41,385 nt of DNA from Candidatus Fimenecus sp. (GCA_045591625.1 JAZNTF010000096.1:1-41385); one strand, 5' to 3'. Positions 27,601-36,497 are shown, counted from the first letter of the stretch. The notes: a model not told the origin generated them from the letters alone. Numbers and translations are program-made.

Positions 27601-28452
27601 TTCTCTGACCTTTTGCAGATTTCAGGTCTTTCTCATGGTACTGACGTTTGGCTCGGTAATGCACAGGAGCTTATCAAAGATGGTACTTGTACAATTTCTG
27701 ATGTTATCGGTACTCGAGACAGTATTATGACATATCTTATGCATAAAGGTCTTGACTCCGGTCTTGCATTCAACATTATGGAAAAGACTCGTAAGGGTAT
27801 CGTTGCAAAGGTTGGTTTCCCTGAGGGTGCCGAGGAAGCAATGAGAGCTTGTAATGTTCCTGAATGGTATATGGAATCTTGTCGTAAAATCAAGTATATG
27901 TTCCCAAAGGCTCACGCTGCGGCTTACGTTATTGCAGCACTTCGTCTCGGCTGGTACAAGATTTATAAGCCTACCGAATATTACACAGCATTCCTGACTG
28001 TTCGTGGCGGTGACCTTGACGCTGTTACAGTTTGTCAGGGTAGGGATGCAGTTAAGAGAAAAATGGTTGAACTTCACGGACCTCTTAATGCAGAGCCAAA
28101 GGACAGAAAGCCAATGACCACAAAAGAAAAAGACCAGTTTACTGCACTTCAGGTTGTCAACGAAATGATGGCAAGAGGCGTTGAGCTTCTTCCTGTTGAT
28201 ATTTATAAATCCCGTGCAAGTGTTTATTACATAGAAGACGGAAAAATCAGAATGCCGTTTTCTGCTTTATCAGGTGTTGGTGAAAAGGCCGCTGATGAAA
28301 TTGTAAGAAGACGAGATGAAAGTGATGGGACATTCGTGTCTGTTGACGATTTCCAGGCAAAGACAGGTGCTTCAAGTGCTGTTGTAACTGCACTCAAAGA
28401 AATCGGTGCATTTGGTGATATGCCTGAAACTGCCCAAATCTCTTTCTTTTAG
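24670..28452 (+). CDS. polC: PolC-type DNA polymerase III alpha subunit lacking the inserted 3'-5' exonuclease domain
   Basis: 1260 aa. N-terminal domain, OB fold, PHP (ELHLHTNMSDMDG, ITDHG), PolC Zn finger (CAKC...CPHC), polymerase core (GSRGSVGSSFVA, PDIDLNF, GQHPGG) and C-terminal HhH. Between IYGVEGYLIDD and RYHIILLVQNKVGLKNLYKIVS only about 14 residues replace the roughly 190-aa DEDDh domain. Confidence 0.9.
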   Translation: MAIVKSLFGEFFDCTQNLDIAFADIVGFSVSQEKMSAKLTVKPYRKIEKERIEALESQLSRAVNVNITIVCDESRIGFRTEFMNLVVEILRDKIVVANGYFNNAEYEIFGKELKISLKKGGKDILLSANCDKEIERIIKGIFGVEYTVTLIQEDNFNTEMAIDSMQKKADEEIRREKNIPDTYSESNEPKAHVVKDGFPLYLETQKPIYGNLIRTANLQKLCDVSIESGAVAVWGEVFSLDVRTTRDGKNNIINFNITDKTYSYTVKIFESCTNAKSFLSALSEGTTVIVYGRVSFDKYSGENIISATAVNTVTQIKKKDNAEKKRVELHLHTNMSDMDGMTGADKLVKRAISWGHPAIAITDHGNVQGYPDAMKGKGKDDIKLIYGVEGYLIDDIGNPETPWEKLPRYHIILLVQNKVGLKNLYKIVSLAHTTYYHTRPCIPRSKLNELRDGIIVGSACEAGELIKAILLEKSDEEIIEIAKYYDYLEIQPDGNNMFMIASHSDPNAKNPDRNKEYNKIKTLEDIRDINRKIIHLGDKLDKLVCATGDVHFMDPEDAKFRAILMAGKGFDDADDQAPLYFKTTDEMLEEFSYLGEDTAYEVVVTNTNKIADMIEQVRPIPEGTFQPSIPGAEQELRDICWAKAKDWYGEEVPEYVADRLTRELESIIKHGFAVLYIIAQKLVWDSESHGYHVGSRGSVGSSFVATMAGISEVNPLAPHYRCAKCRHSEFFLHGEYGSGFDMPPKNCPHCDIPMVRDGHEIPFETFLGFHGDKAPDIDLNFSGDYQGNAHRYTEELFGRDHVFKAGTIATVADKTAYGYVKKYLDERGKVVTRAEEDRLTKGCTGIKRTTGQHPGGMVVVPNEFDVYDFTAVQFPANDTSSDMETTHFDFHFLHDTILKLDILGHDVPTLYKHLEDMTGIPVMDVDVCDPKIVSLCTSPEALGLTPDDIGVQTGTLSIPEMGTDFVRGMLMEAQPKCFSDLLQISGLSHGTDVWLGNAQELIKDGTCTISDVIGTRDSIMTYLMHKGLDSGLAFNIMEKTRKGIVAKVGFPEGAEEAMRACNVPEWYMESCRKIKYMFPKAHAAAYVIAALRLGWYKIYKPTEYYTAFLTVRGGDLDAVTVCQGRDAVKRKMVELHGPLNAEPKDRKPMTTKEKDQFTALQVVNEMMARGVELLPVDIYKSRASVYYIEDGKIRMPFSALSGVGEKAADEIVRRRDESDGTFVSVDDFQAKTGASSAVVTALKEIGAFGDMPETAQISFF

Positions 28453-28613
28453 TAACCACCTCATAAATCTTGGTCACAATTCTCAACGGCTACTTTTCCG
28501 TCATAACTCGTCCAAAATACTCGTTAATACACAAAGTATTGCCTGCGTTTTTTGACGATTCTGACAAAAAACTATCTCGTAGATAATTGCAACCCGATTT
28601 ATTCAGCGATTAC
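28452..28613. repeat. 162-bp long-palindrome MITE-like intergenic element, copy 1
   Basis: About 90% identical by eye to 31817-31978. Nested inverted symmetry: TAAATCTTGGTCACAATT.../...AATTGCAACCCGATTTA, GTCATAACTCGTCCAAAA/TTTTTTGACGATTCTGAC, and central AATACT...AGTATT. Confidence 0.8.
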
Positions 28614-28632
28614 AGGATTTTTACTAATATAC

Positions 28633-28661
28633 TTGACACGTGCACTTTATTATGGTAGCAT
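28633..28661 (+). promoter_or_regulatory. candidate promoter of the his operon
   Basis: TTGACA (28633-28638), 17-nt spacer, TGgTAGCAT extended -10 (28656-28661). Confidence 0.45.
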
Positions 28662-28706
28662 ATTAGCACACTAAAGTGAAAAAATATAGAAAAAGGATAT
28701 TTTCTG

Positions 28707-29903
28707 ATGAAAAATTACTCAAAAATTACTCCCGAGGGAACAAAAGACTATCTGGCAATGGAAAGCAGAGCTATCCGTTGTGCAGAAAAAAGACTTTCCT
28801 CTGTATTTAAATCAAAAGGCTATGAAAAGGTAATGACACCAACAATCGAATTTTTCGATGTGTTCAATCGTGAAAGCTCAGGTTATAATCCTGAAGATTT
28901 ATATAGCTTGACTGATTCGTACGGAAGACTTTTGGTGCTTCGACCTGATTCAACTCTTCCTATTGCAAGACTTGTGTCAACTCGTTTCCAGAATGCTCGT
29001 TTGCCACTTCGTCTTTATTACAATCAAAATGTTTTTGTAAGACAGAAAAATCTTACAGGCAGAAGTGACGAAGCAACACAGAGTGGTATCGAGCTTATGG
29101 GTGCTTACGGACTTCGTGCAGATTTAGAGGTTATTACAACTGCTGTTGAATCTATTGAAAGCTGTACTTCTGCTGATTTTAAGCTTGAAATCGGTCACGC
29201 AGGTTTCTTTAAAGAGCTTTGTAAAAAACTTAATGTAAGTGACGAAATCGTAAGCTCAATTTATGATTGTGTTGAAAGCCGAAATTTCGTTTCACTTAAC
29301 AACATTCTTGATAAAATCGGTAAAAATGGTGTAACAGATTGCATCCGTAATCTTCCAAGATTTTTCGGTGGTGCAGAAGTTATCGAAAAAGCCAAGCAGA
29401 TTGATTTGGGTGAAGAAGGTCAGAAGAGTCTTGATTATCTAAAAGAATTATATATGCTTTTATGTGAAGCAGGACTTTCAGACAAAATCGTTATTGACTT
29501 GAGCCTTGTAAACAGAACAAATTACTACACAGGCATTATCTTTAAAGGTTATCTTCAAGGTAGTGGTATTTCAGTGGTTTCTGGTGGTCGTTATGACAGC
29601 CTTGGTGCTGAATTCGGCAGAGATATGCCATCAACAGGCTTCGGTATTGAAACAGGTGCTTTGGCATCAGTAATGCTTTCTCGAAATGAGCTTGATGAAG
29701 AAAAAGTTCCTGCAATTATTGTTTTTGGTGAAAAAGATTTTGTTGTTAAGGCACTGGAGTATTCTAAAAATCTTCGTGCAGAGGGTGTCTACTGTGAAAA
29801 CAGTACATTTGAAACACTCGAAGAAACAAGGGAATATGCAATGTCAAAAGGCATTAAAAAGATTTGCATAATTGGTGACAGTGTAAGGGAGGAAATATTA
29901 TGA
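28707..29903 (+). CDS. hisZ: ATP phosphoribosyltransferase regulatory subunit (HisRS paralog)
   Basis: 398 aa. HisS-like class II core (PEGTKDYL, MTPTIEFFDVF, LRPDSTLPIARL). Overlaps the short-form hisG by 4 nt. Confidence 0.88.
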   Translation: MKNYSKITPEGTKDYLAMESRAIRCAEKRLSSVFKSKGYEKVMTPTIEFFDVFNRESSGYNPEDLYSLTDSYGRLLVLRPDSTLPIARLVSTRFQNARLPLRLYYNQNVFVRQKNLTGRSDEATQSGIELMGAYGLRADLEVITTAVESIESCTSADFKLEIGHAGFFKELCKKLNVSDEIVSSIYDCVESRNFVSLNNILDKIGKNGVTDCIRNLPRFFGGAEVIEKAKQIDLGEEGQKSLDYLKELYMLLCEAGLSDKIVIDLSLVNRTNYYTGIIFKGYLQGSGISVVSGGRYDSLGAEFGRDMPSTGFGIETGALASVMLSRNELDEEKVPAIIVFGEKDFVVKALEYSKNLRAEGVYCENSTFETLEETREYAMSKGIKKICIIGDSVREEIL

Positions 29904-30532
29904 GAAAACTAAGAATTGCCCTTACAAAAGGTCGACTTGAAAAGAAAAGTGTTGAGCTCTTTGAGAAAATGGGAATTGATTGTGATGAACTCATAAACAA
30001 AGGCAGACGCCTTATTCTCACAGCAGGTGACTATGAAGTTGTCCTTGCAAAAGCAGCGGATGTTATTACATATGTTGAACACGGTGTGTGTGATATCGGT
30101 ATTGTTGGTAAAGATACAATCGTAGAAAACGGTAAAAGCTTCTACGAAATGACAGATTTGAATCTCGGTAAATGTGATTTTGCACTTGCAACACAAAAGG
30201 GTGTTGATTTCTACGACGGATTCAATACAAAACGAATTGCTACAAAATACCCTAATATAACAAAAGCATATTTTGAGGGAAAAGGAATGGATGTCAAGAT
30301 TATTAAAATCGAAGGCTCTGTTGAATTAGCTCCACTTCTTAATCTTGCTGACGGTATTGTGGATATTGTTGAAACAGGCACAACACTTAAAGAAAACGGA
30401 CTTGAAGTGAAAGAAAAGATTATGCCTGTTTCAGCTCGTGTAATTGTTAATATGGCAAGTATGAAGCTTCGTCGTGAAGAAATCGACAAGTTCCTTGAAG
30501 AAATTGAAAAGGTTATCCCAAAGGGTGAATGA
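29900..30532 (+). CDS. hisG: ATP phosphoribosyltransferase, short form
   Basis: 210 aa. Contains LRIALTKGRL, GVCDIGIVGKD and DIVETGTTLKENGL. Confidence 0.92.
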   Translation: MRKLRIALTKGRLEKKSVELFEKMGIDCDELINKGRRLILTAGDYEVVLAKAADVITYVEHGVCDIGIVGKDTIVENGKSFYEMTDLNLGKCDFALATQKGVDFYDGFNTKRIATKYPNITKAYFEGKGMDVKIIKIEGSVELAPLLNLADGIVDIVETGTTLKENGLEVKEKIMPVSARVIVNMASMKLRREEIDKFLEEIEKVIPKGE

Positions 30533-30533
30533 T

Positions 30534-31820
30534 ATGATAAATACAGTATTTGCAGACGGTAAGGCTGATGAAGCACTTATCGCACAACTTAAAGAAAGAA
30601 GTGGCGAGGTTGACAAGAAGGTTACTCTTGCCGTTACTGATATTCTTGAAAATGTAAAAGCAAACGGTGATAAAGCCGTACTTGAATACACAATAAAGTT
30701 TGACGGAAAAGCACCTGAAAAGGCTGAAATTTCAAAAGGAGAAATTGATAAGGCTATCGAAAAATGTGACCCATTCTTCGTAAAAGCACTTGAAGATGCA
30801 GCAGAAAACATTCGTGATTTCCATGCAAGACAGAAACAGCAGAGTTGGCTCACAACAAAGGAAAACGGCGTTATTATGGGACAGCGTGTGCGTGGACTCG
30901 AGAGAGTCGGTCTTTATGTTCCCGGTGGTACTGCAGCTTATCCGTCAAGTGTGCTTATGAATGCTATTCCTGCAAAAATCGCAGGTGTTAAGGAACTTGT
31001 TATGGTAACACCTCCATCAAAAGATGGCACACCAAATCCTGATATTCTTGCTGCTGCTAAAATTGCTGGTGTTGACAGAGTATTCTTAATGGGTGGTGCA
31101 CAGGCTGTTGCAGCACTTGCATACGGAACTGAAACTGTTCCTAAGGTTGACAAAATCGTAGGTCCCGGTAACATCTTCGTTGCTACTGCAAAGAAACTTC
31201 TTTACGGTACAGTTGATATTGATATGGTTGCAGGTCCGAGTGAAATTTTGATTGTTGCTGACGAAACTGCAAATCCTAAATTCCTTGCTGCTGACCTTAT
31301 GAGTCAGGCTGAACACGATGTATTGGCTTCTGCAATTCTTATTACAACAAGTGCTGAAATTGCAGAGGAAACAAAGAAAGAATTAGCAAGACAATGTGCT
31401 ACTCTTTCAAGAAAAGAGATTATCGAAAAATCACTTAAGGATTACAGTGCAATTATTATCTGTGACACAATGGATAAGGCTGTTGACTTTGCAAACAGAC
31501 TTGCACCTGAACACCTTGAAATGTGTGTACAGAATCCTATGGAATATATCGGCAGAATGGATAATGCAGGTAGTGTGTTCCTTGGTAACTATTCTCCTGA
31601 ACCATTGGGTGACTATTTTGCAGGTCCGAACCACGTTCTTCCTACAAGTGGTACAGCAAGATTTTTCTCACCATTGTCAGTTGACAGCTTTATTAAAAAA
31701 TCAAGCTTTATTTACTATACAGAAGATGCACTTCGTGAGTGCAAGGATAAGGTTGTTTCTCTTGCAGAAACAGAGGGCTTAACAGCTCATGCAAATTCAA
31801 TTAAGGTTAGATTTGAGTAA
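30534..31820 (+). CDS. hisD: histidinol dehydrogenase
   Basis: 428 aa from ATG 30534, which lies 1 nt after the hisG stop. Contains VPGGTAAYPSSVLMNAIPAKIAGV, GPGNIFVATAK, QAEHD and HANS. Confidence 0.93.
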   Translation: MINTVFADGKADEALIAQLKERSGEVDKKVTLAVTDILENVKANGDKAVLEYTIKFDGKAPEKAEISKGEIDKAIEKCDPFFVKALEDAAENIRDFHARQKQQSWLTTKENGVIMGQRVRGLERVGLYVPGGTAAYPSSVLMNAIPAKIAGVKELVMVTPPSKDGTPNPDILAAAKIAGVDRVFLMGGAQAVAALAYGTETVPKVDKIVGPGNIFVATAKKLLYGTVDIDMVAGPSEILIVADETANPKFLAADLMSQAEHDVLASAILITTSAEIAEETKKELARQCATLSRKEIIEKSLKDYSAIIICDTMDKAVDFANRLAPEHLEMCVQNPMEYIGRMDNAGSVFLGNYSPEPLGDYFAGPNHVLPTSGTARFFSPLSVDSFIKKSSFIYYTEDALRECKDKVVSLAETEGLTAHANSIKVRFE

Positions 31821-31978
31821 TTACTGATTAAATCTTAGTCACAATTCTCAACAGCTACTTTTCCGCCACAACTCGTCCAAAATACTCGTTAATACACAAA
31901 GTATTGCCTGCGTTTTTTGACGGTTCTGACAAAAAACTATCTCGCTGATAATCGTAACACGATTTAATCAGCAATTAC
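31817..31978. repeat. 162-bp long-palindrome MITE-like intergenic element, copy 2 (inside the his operon)
   Basis: Terminal inverted repeats GTAATTACTGATTAAATC / GATTTAATCAGCAATTAC (17/18). The interior is collinear with copy 1. It accounts for essentially all of the 171-nt hisD-hisC gap. Confidence 0.8.
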
Positions 31979-31991
31979 ATGAGGACTAATA

Positions 31992-33044
31992 ATGTTTAAT
32001 TTGAATGAAAAAGTAAAAAATTTAACACCATATGAGCCAATCAGCGGTACATATGAAATCCGTCTTGATGCCAACGAGTCATTTCTCACTTTTCCAAAAG
32101 AAATTGAAGACGAAATGGTAGATGCTTTAAGAAATTCTGCGTTGAATCGTTATCCTGACCCAATGGCAACAAAACTCCTTAAAGGTTTCTCGGATTATTT
32201 CAATGTAAATCCTGAATGTGTAACGGCAGGTAATGGCTCTGACGAGATTATTTCAGTTATAATGAATGCGTTTTTGCAGAAGGGTGACAAGATTTTAACT
32301 CTTGAACCTGACTTCTCAATGTATCGTTTTTATGCTGAAATTGCAGAATGTGAAAGTGTAAAGTATCAGAAAGACGAAAATCTTGATGTAAATGTTGATG
32401 ATGTAATCGCACTTGCAAAGAAAGAAAATGTGAGAATCGTGATTTTCTCAAATCCTTGTAACCCAACATCAAGAATTGTTACAAAGGATGATGTAAGAAA
32501 ACTCATAAACAGCGTTGATTCACTTGTTGTGCTTGATGAAGCATATATGGATTTCGCAGGTGATGAAAGTCTTTTAGGTGAATTTGAAAATTACGATAAT
32601 CTTATTATTTTAAAGACTTGTTCAAAGGCATTGGGCTCAGCAGCACTTCGTCTTGGTTTTGCTGTGGCAAATAAGACCCTTACAAATGTAATTCGTGCAG
32701 TAAAATCTCCATATAATGTGAATTCTGTTTCACAGGCTCTCGGTGAAGTTCTTTTTTCACATCCTGATTATATTGATAAGTGTATTGAAACAGTTGTAAA
32801 CTCAAGAAAAGAACTTTACGCAGAACTTATTAAAATCGAAAGTGATAAAATCGAAAAAATATACGAAACACATACTAACTTTGTATTTATGAAAGTGAAA
32901 AATGCAAAGTCTGTGTTTGAAAAAATGAAAGATAACAGCATTATCATTCGTAATATGGGTGACTATTTGAGAATTACTGCAGGTACAAAGTACGAGAACG
33001 AAAAAATGCTTGAAACATTCAAAAAAGTGTTGGAGGAAGTGTAA
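31992..33044 (+). CDS. hisC: histidinol-phosphate aminotransferase
   Basis: 350 aa. Contains LDANES, NRYPDP, NPCNPT and the PLP lysine context LKTCSKALG. Confidence 0.9.
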   Translation: MFNLNEKVKNLTPYEPISGTYEIRLDANESFLTFPKEIEDEMVDALRNSALNRYPDPMATKLLKGFSDYFNVNPECVTAGNGSDEIISVIMNAFLQKGDKILTLEPDFSMYRFYAEIAECESVKYQKDENLDVNVDDVIALAKKENVRIVIFSNPCNPTSRIVTKDDVRKLINSVDSLVVLDEAYMDFAGDESLLGEFENYDNLIILKTCSKALGSAALRLGFAVANKTLTNVIRAVKSPYNVNSVSQALGEVLFSHPDYIDKCIETVVNSRKELYAELIKIESDKIEKIYETHTNFVFMKVKNAKSVFEKMKDNSIIIRNMGDYLRITAGTKYENEKMLETFKKVLEEV

Positions 33045-33616
33045 TGAGAACTGCAACAATAGAAAGAAAAACAAAGGAAACAGATATTAATTTGACTCTC
33101 TGTCTTGATGGAGGAGAAGTTAAAATAGACACAGGTGTTGGCTTCTTTGACCATATGCTTACTGCATTCGCAACTCATGCAGGTTATGGCTTGACAGTTA
33201 CTTGTAAAGGTGATATTGAAGTTGATTGTCACCACACAGTTGAGGATATCGGCATTGTACTCGGTCAGGCATTTTTTGAATGTCTTGGGGACAAATCAAA
33301 TCTTGTTCGTTATGGTAGCTTCTTTGTACCAATGGATGAAGCACTCGGTTTCTGTGCTGTTGACATCTGCAACCGTGCATACACAGTTTTTGAAGCTAAT
33401 TTCCCACAGGAAAAATGCGGTGACTTTGATGTTTGTATGTGTGTTGAATTTTTCCGTGCATTAGCAGATAATGCAAAAATCACAGTACATCTTCGTGCAC
33501 CTTATGGTGATAATTCACACCATATTGCTGAGGCAATTTTCAAAGCATTTGGTCATGCAATGAGTATTGCAACAGAAAAAACAGATAAAACACTTTCAAC
33601 AAAGGGGACTTTATAA
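33044..33616 (+). CDS. hisB: imidazoleglycerol-phosphate dehydratase
   Basis: 190 aa. Contains RKTKETDI, DTGVGFFDHML, HHTVEDIGI and NSHHIAEAIFKAFG. Confidence 0.93.
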   Translation: MRTATIERKTKETDINLTLCLDGGEVKIDTGVGFFDHMLTAFATHAGYGLTVTCKGDIEVDCHHTVEDIGIVLGQAFFECLGDKSNLVRYGSFFVPMDEALGFCAVDICNRAYTVFEANFPQEKCGDFDVCMCVEFFRALADNAKITVHLRAPYGDNSHHIAEAIFKAFGHAMSIATEKTDKTLSTKGTL

Positions 33617-33619
33617 TAA

Positions 33620-34336
33620 ATGATTATTTTTCCTGCGATAGATATAAAAGATAAAGAATGTGTCCGTCTTTATAAGGGTGACTTTGCAACAGCCGGTAAA
33701 GTGGCAGACAGTTATATGGAAACTGCATTGAATTTCAAAAAATCAGGTGCAGAATGGATACATATGGTTGACCTTAACGGTGCACTTGATGGTGTAAGAA
33801 TAAATTCCGACATTTTCCTTGATGTTGCAAAAAACAGCGGACTTAAGGTTGAAGTAGGTGGCGGAATCCGTACAATGAAGGACGTTGATTTCTATATCCA
33901 GAACGGTATTGAAAGAGTTATCATCGGTTCTGCTGCACTTAAAAATCCACAGCTTGTAAAAGAGGCTTGTAAAGAGTTCGGTGACAGAATTGCCGTTGGA
34001 ATTGATGCTAAAAACGAAATGGTTGCAACTGAAGGTTGGACAGAAAAAAGTGATACGCACTATATCGACCTTGCAAAACGAATGGAAGATTTTGGTGTAA
34101 AGTACATTATCTTTACAGACATTGATTGTGATGGTATGCTTTCAGGTCCAAACCTTGAACAGTTAATAAAACTTAATGATGCAGTTTCTTGCAATATTAC
34201 TGCAAGTGGTGGCATTAAAGATATTTCCAACATAATTGACCTTAAAAAAGCCAATATGTATGGTGCAATCTGTGGCAGAAGTATTTACAGTGGCACATTG
34301 AATCTTGCAGAAGCAATCAAGGAGTGTGAAAAATAA
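33620..34336 (+). CDS. hisA: 1-(5-phosphoribosyl)-5-[(5-phosphoribosylamino)methylideneamino]imidazole-4-carboxamide isomerase
   Basis: 238 aa. Contains [34 protein letters not shown] and SGGI. Confidence 0.9.
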   Translation: MIIFPAIDIKDKECVRLYKGDFATAGKVADSYMETALNFKKSGAEWIHMVDLNGALDGVRINSDIFLDVAKNSGLKVEVGGGIRTMKDVDFYIQNGIERVIIGSAALKNPQLVKEACKEFGDRIAVGIDAKNEMVATEGWTEKSDTHYIDLAKRMEDFGVKYIIFTDIDCDGMLSGPNLEQLIKLNDAVSCNITASGGIKDISNIIDLKKANMYGAICGRSIYSGTLNLAEAIKECEK

Positions 34337-34650
34337 TGAACCTTGATAAATATTTTGTAAAAGCAGAGCTCATTCCTGCAATTGTTCAGGAAGAAAGCAC
34401 AGGGGAAATCCTTATGCTCGCATATATGAATAAGGAGTCAATGGCAAAAACTCTTGAAACAGGATACACATGGTTCTGGAGTCGTTCCCGTCAGGAACTT
34501 TGGAACAAAGGTGCAACATCAGGTCATTTACAAAAAGTGGTTTCAATTCACGGTGACTGTGATGACGATACATTACTTGTAAAAGTAGAACAGACAGGTC
34601 CTGCTTGTCACACAGGCAGCAAATCTTGTTTCTTTAATAAAATTAAATGA
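34336..34650 (+). CDS. hisI: phosphoribosyl-AMP cyclohydrolase
   Basis: 104 aa. Contains LIPAIVQ, MLAYMN, WFWSRSR..LW.KG..SG, DCD.D.L and CHTG..SCF. Confidence 0.92.
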   Translation: MNLDKYFVKAELIPAIVQEESTGEILMLAYMNKESMAKTLETGYTWFWSRSRQELWNKGATSGHLQKVVSIHGDCDDDTLLVKVEQTGPACHTGSKSCFFNKIK

Positions 34651-34660
34651 GGCGAATAAA

Positions 34661-34987
34661 ATGAATGATACATTAGTAAATCTTTACGAAACAATACTTG
34701 AAAGAAAAGAAAACAAACAAGAGGGCTCATACACTTGCTATCTTTTTGAAAAGGGACTTGATAAAATCCTTAAAAAAGTCGGTGAGGAATGTAGTGAGAC
34801 AATTATTGCTGCAAAAAACGGAAACAAAGAGGAAACAGTTGGTGAAATCAGCGACCTTATTTTCCACCTTTTTGTTATGATGGCAAATGAGGGAATTGCA
34901 GTAGAAGATGTTATGGCAGAACTTGATAAGAGAAGTAACAAAACAGGAAATTTAAAGACTTTTCATGTAGTTGATAAAAACACATAA
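34661..34987 (+). CDS. hisE: phosphoribosyl-ATP diphosphatase
   Basis: 108 aa. Contains SYTCYLFEKG.DKILKKVGEE..E and ISDLIFHLFVMM (MazG-like). Confidence 0.9.
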   Translation: MNDTLVNLYETILERKENKQEGSYTCYLFEKGLDKILKKVGEECSETIIAAKNGNKEETVGEISDLIFHLFVMMANEGIAVEDVMAELDKRSNKTGNLKTFHVVDKNT

Positions 34988-35030
34988 ACACGACTTGTTT
35001 TAAATATAGAGTGAATTGGAGTGTTGGAGT

Positions 35031-36497
35031 ATGAAAGTTTTAGGTATTATTTTAGCGTTACTCGGTGTCTTTATTGTAATAACACTTATCCGTGCAATTT
35101 TCTTCAAAGAGAAAAAACAACAGACAGGAAAACTTTCCCCTGAAATGATTGATATGGAAAAGTATTGCAGAGATTTAAGTGATGCAATTAAAATCAAAAC
35201 AATCTCAAATTATGACAGAGAACTTGTTGATTGGGCAGAATTTGATAAGTTCCATGCATTTTTGGAAGAGCGTTTTCCACTTGTTCATCAGAATATGACA
35301 AAGACAAAGGTTGCTGATGCAAGTCTTGTTTATAAATGGGAAGGAACAGACCCAAGTCTTGACGGTATTGCAATGCTTGCTCATCAGGACGTTGTGCCAA
35401 TTACTGCAGGTACTGAACAGGATTGGGAACACGAGCCATTCAGCGGACATAATGACGGTGAATTTATCTGGGGCAGAGGTGCAATGGATATGAAAAATCA
35501 CCTTATTGCTGTTATGGAATGTATGGAAGAACTTCTTAATGAAGGTTTCCAGCCAAAAAGAACAGTATATATCTGTCTTGGTCATAATGAAGAGGTTGTT
35601 GCAGCACCTGATAATGGTGCAAAGCAGATTGCTGCATACCTTAAGGAACAAGGTGTTCACCTTGAAGCAGTCCTTGACGAAGGTGGCGCAATTCTTCCTG
35701 TAAAGCTGGGTAAGCTTCTTGATATTAACCTTACAGGTGTTGGTATTGCCGAAAAAGGTAGTGTTAACTATAAAGTCAGCGTAAATGCAAAGGGTGGACA
35801 TTCATCACAGCCACCAAAGCATACTGCAGTCGGCAAGCTTGCTGATGTAATCAAGGATATTGAAAATCATCAGTTTAAGGCAATAATGCCTGATTACCTT
35901 AAACAGCTCATCAAGAGAGTCGGTATGAATGCAGGTTATCCATTGAGAGTCGTTCTTGTTAATGCTCCTATTTTACAGCCTGTAATTCTTGCAATCGCAA
36001 AAAGAATTCCTGCGGCAGCATCTCTTATCCGTACTTGTACAGCTGTTACAATGGCAGAGGGTAGTCCACAGTTCAATGTTCTTCCACAAAAGGCATCAGT
36101 TACTGTCAACTTCCGTACAATGCCGGGTGTTTCAATAGCAGATGTTGAAAAGCATATCCGTGACAGCGTAAGAAATAAGGATATCGAGGTTGAATTCCTT
36201 GTTGGTAAGGAATCATCAAAGGTTTCTCCAACAGATTCAAAGGCATTCCAGACAATTAAGGAATTAGCGGAAGCACAAAATAGTAAGAATCTTGTGACCC
36301 CTTTCCTTGTAATGGGCGGTACAGATGCTTATAATTATGAACCTGTTTGTGAAAATATTTATCGTTTTGCTCCATTCGTTGCAGATACAAAACTTCTTCT
36401 CTGCACTCATGGTACAAACGAAAGAATTCCGATTGCATGTTGCGAAGATGCTATTGCCTTCTTTAAGAGATATGTTCGTAAAATGACACAAGAATAA
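35031..36497 (+). CDS. M20 family metallopeptidase (carboxypeptidase/dipeptidase-like) with N-terminal membrane anchor
   Basis: ATG 35031 follows GGAG. Hydrophobic N-terminus MKVLGIILALLGVFIVITLI. Contains HQDVVP, WGRGAMDMK, GHNEE and LDEGG. Confidence 0.8.
   Translation: MKVLGIILALLGVFIVITLIRAIFFKEKKQQTGKLSPEMIDMEKYCRDLSDAIKIKTISNYDRELVDWAEFDKFHAFLEERFPLVHQNMTKTKVADASLVYKWEGTDPSLDGIAMLAHQDVVPITAGTEQDWEHEPFSGHNDGEFIWGRGAMDMKNHLIAVMECMEELLNEGFQPKRTVYICLGHNEEVVAAPDNGAKQIAAYLKEQGVHLEAVLDEGGAILPVKLGKLLDINLTGVGIAEKGSVNYKVSVNAKGGHSSQPPKHTAVGKLADVIKDIENHQFKAIMPDYLKQLIKRVGMNAGYPLRVVLVNAPILQPVILAIAKRIPAAASLIRTCTAVTMAEGSPQFNVLPQKASVTVNFRTMPGVSIADVEKHIRDSVRNKDIEVEFLVGKESSKVSPTDSKAFQTIKELAEAQNSKNLVTPFLVMGGTDAYNYEPVCENIYRFAPFVADTKLLLCTHGTNERIPIACCEDAIAFFKRYVRKMTQE

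Noticed and set aside
18384-28452. The pyrH-frr-uppS-cdsA-dxr-rseP-ispG-polC cluster as something unusual.
   Set aside because: This is the widely conserved Firmicutes housekeeping arrangement. Having ispG where some genomes have proS is a minor variation. Only the PolC domain loss is noteworthy, and it is reported separately.
28453-28706. The polC-hisZ spacer as a His T-box or attenuator leader.
   Set aside because: There is no GGUGG.ACCGCG T-box motif, no specifier-type Stem I and no His-codon-rich leader peptide. Most of the spacer is the 162-bp repeat, which also occurs between hisD and hisC.
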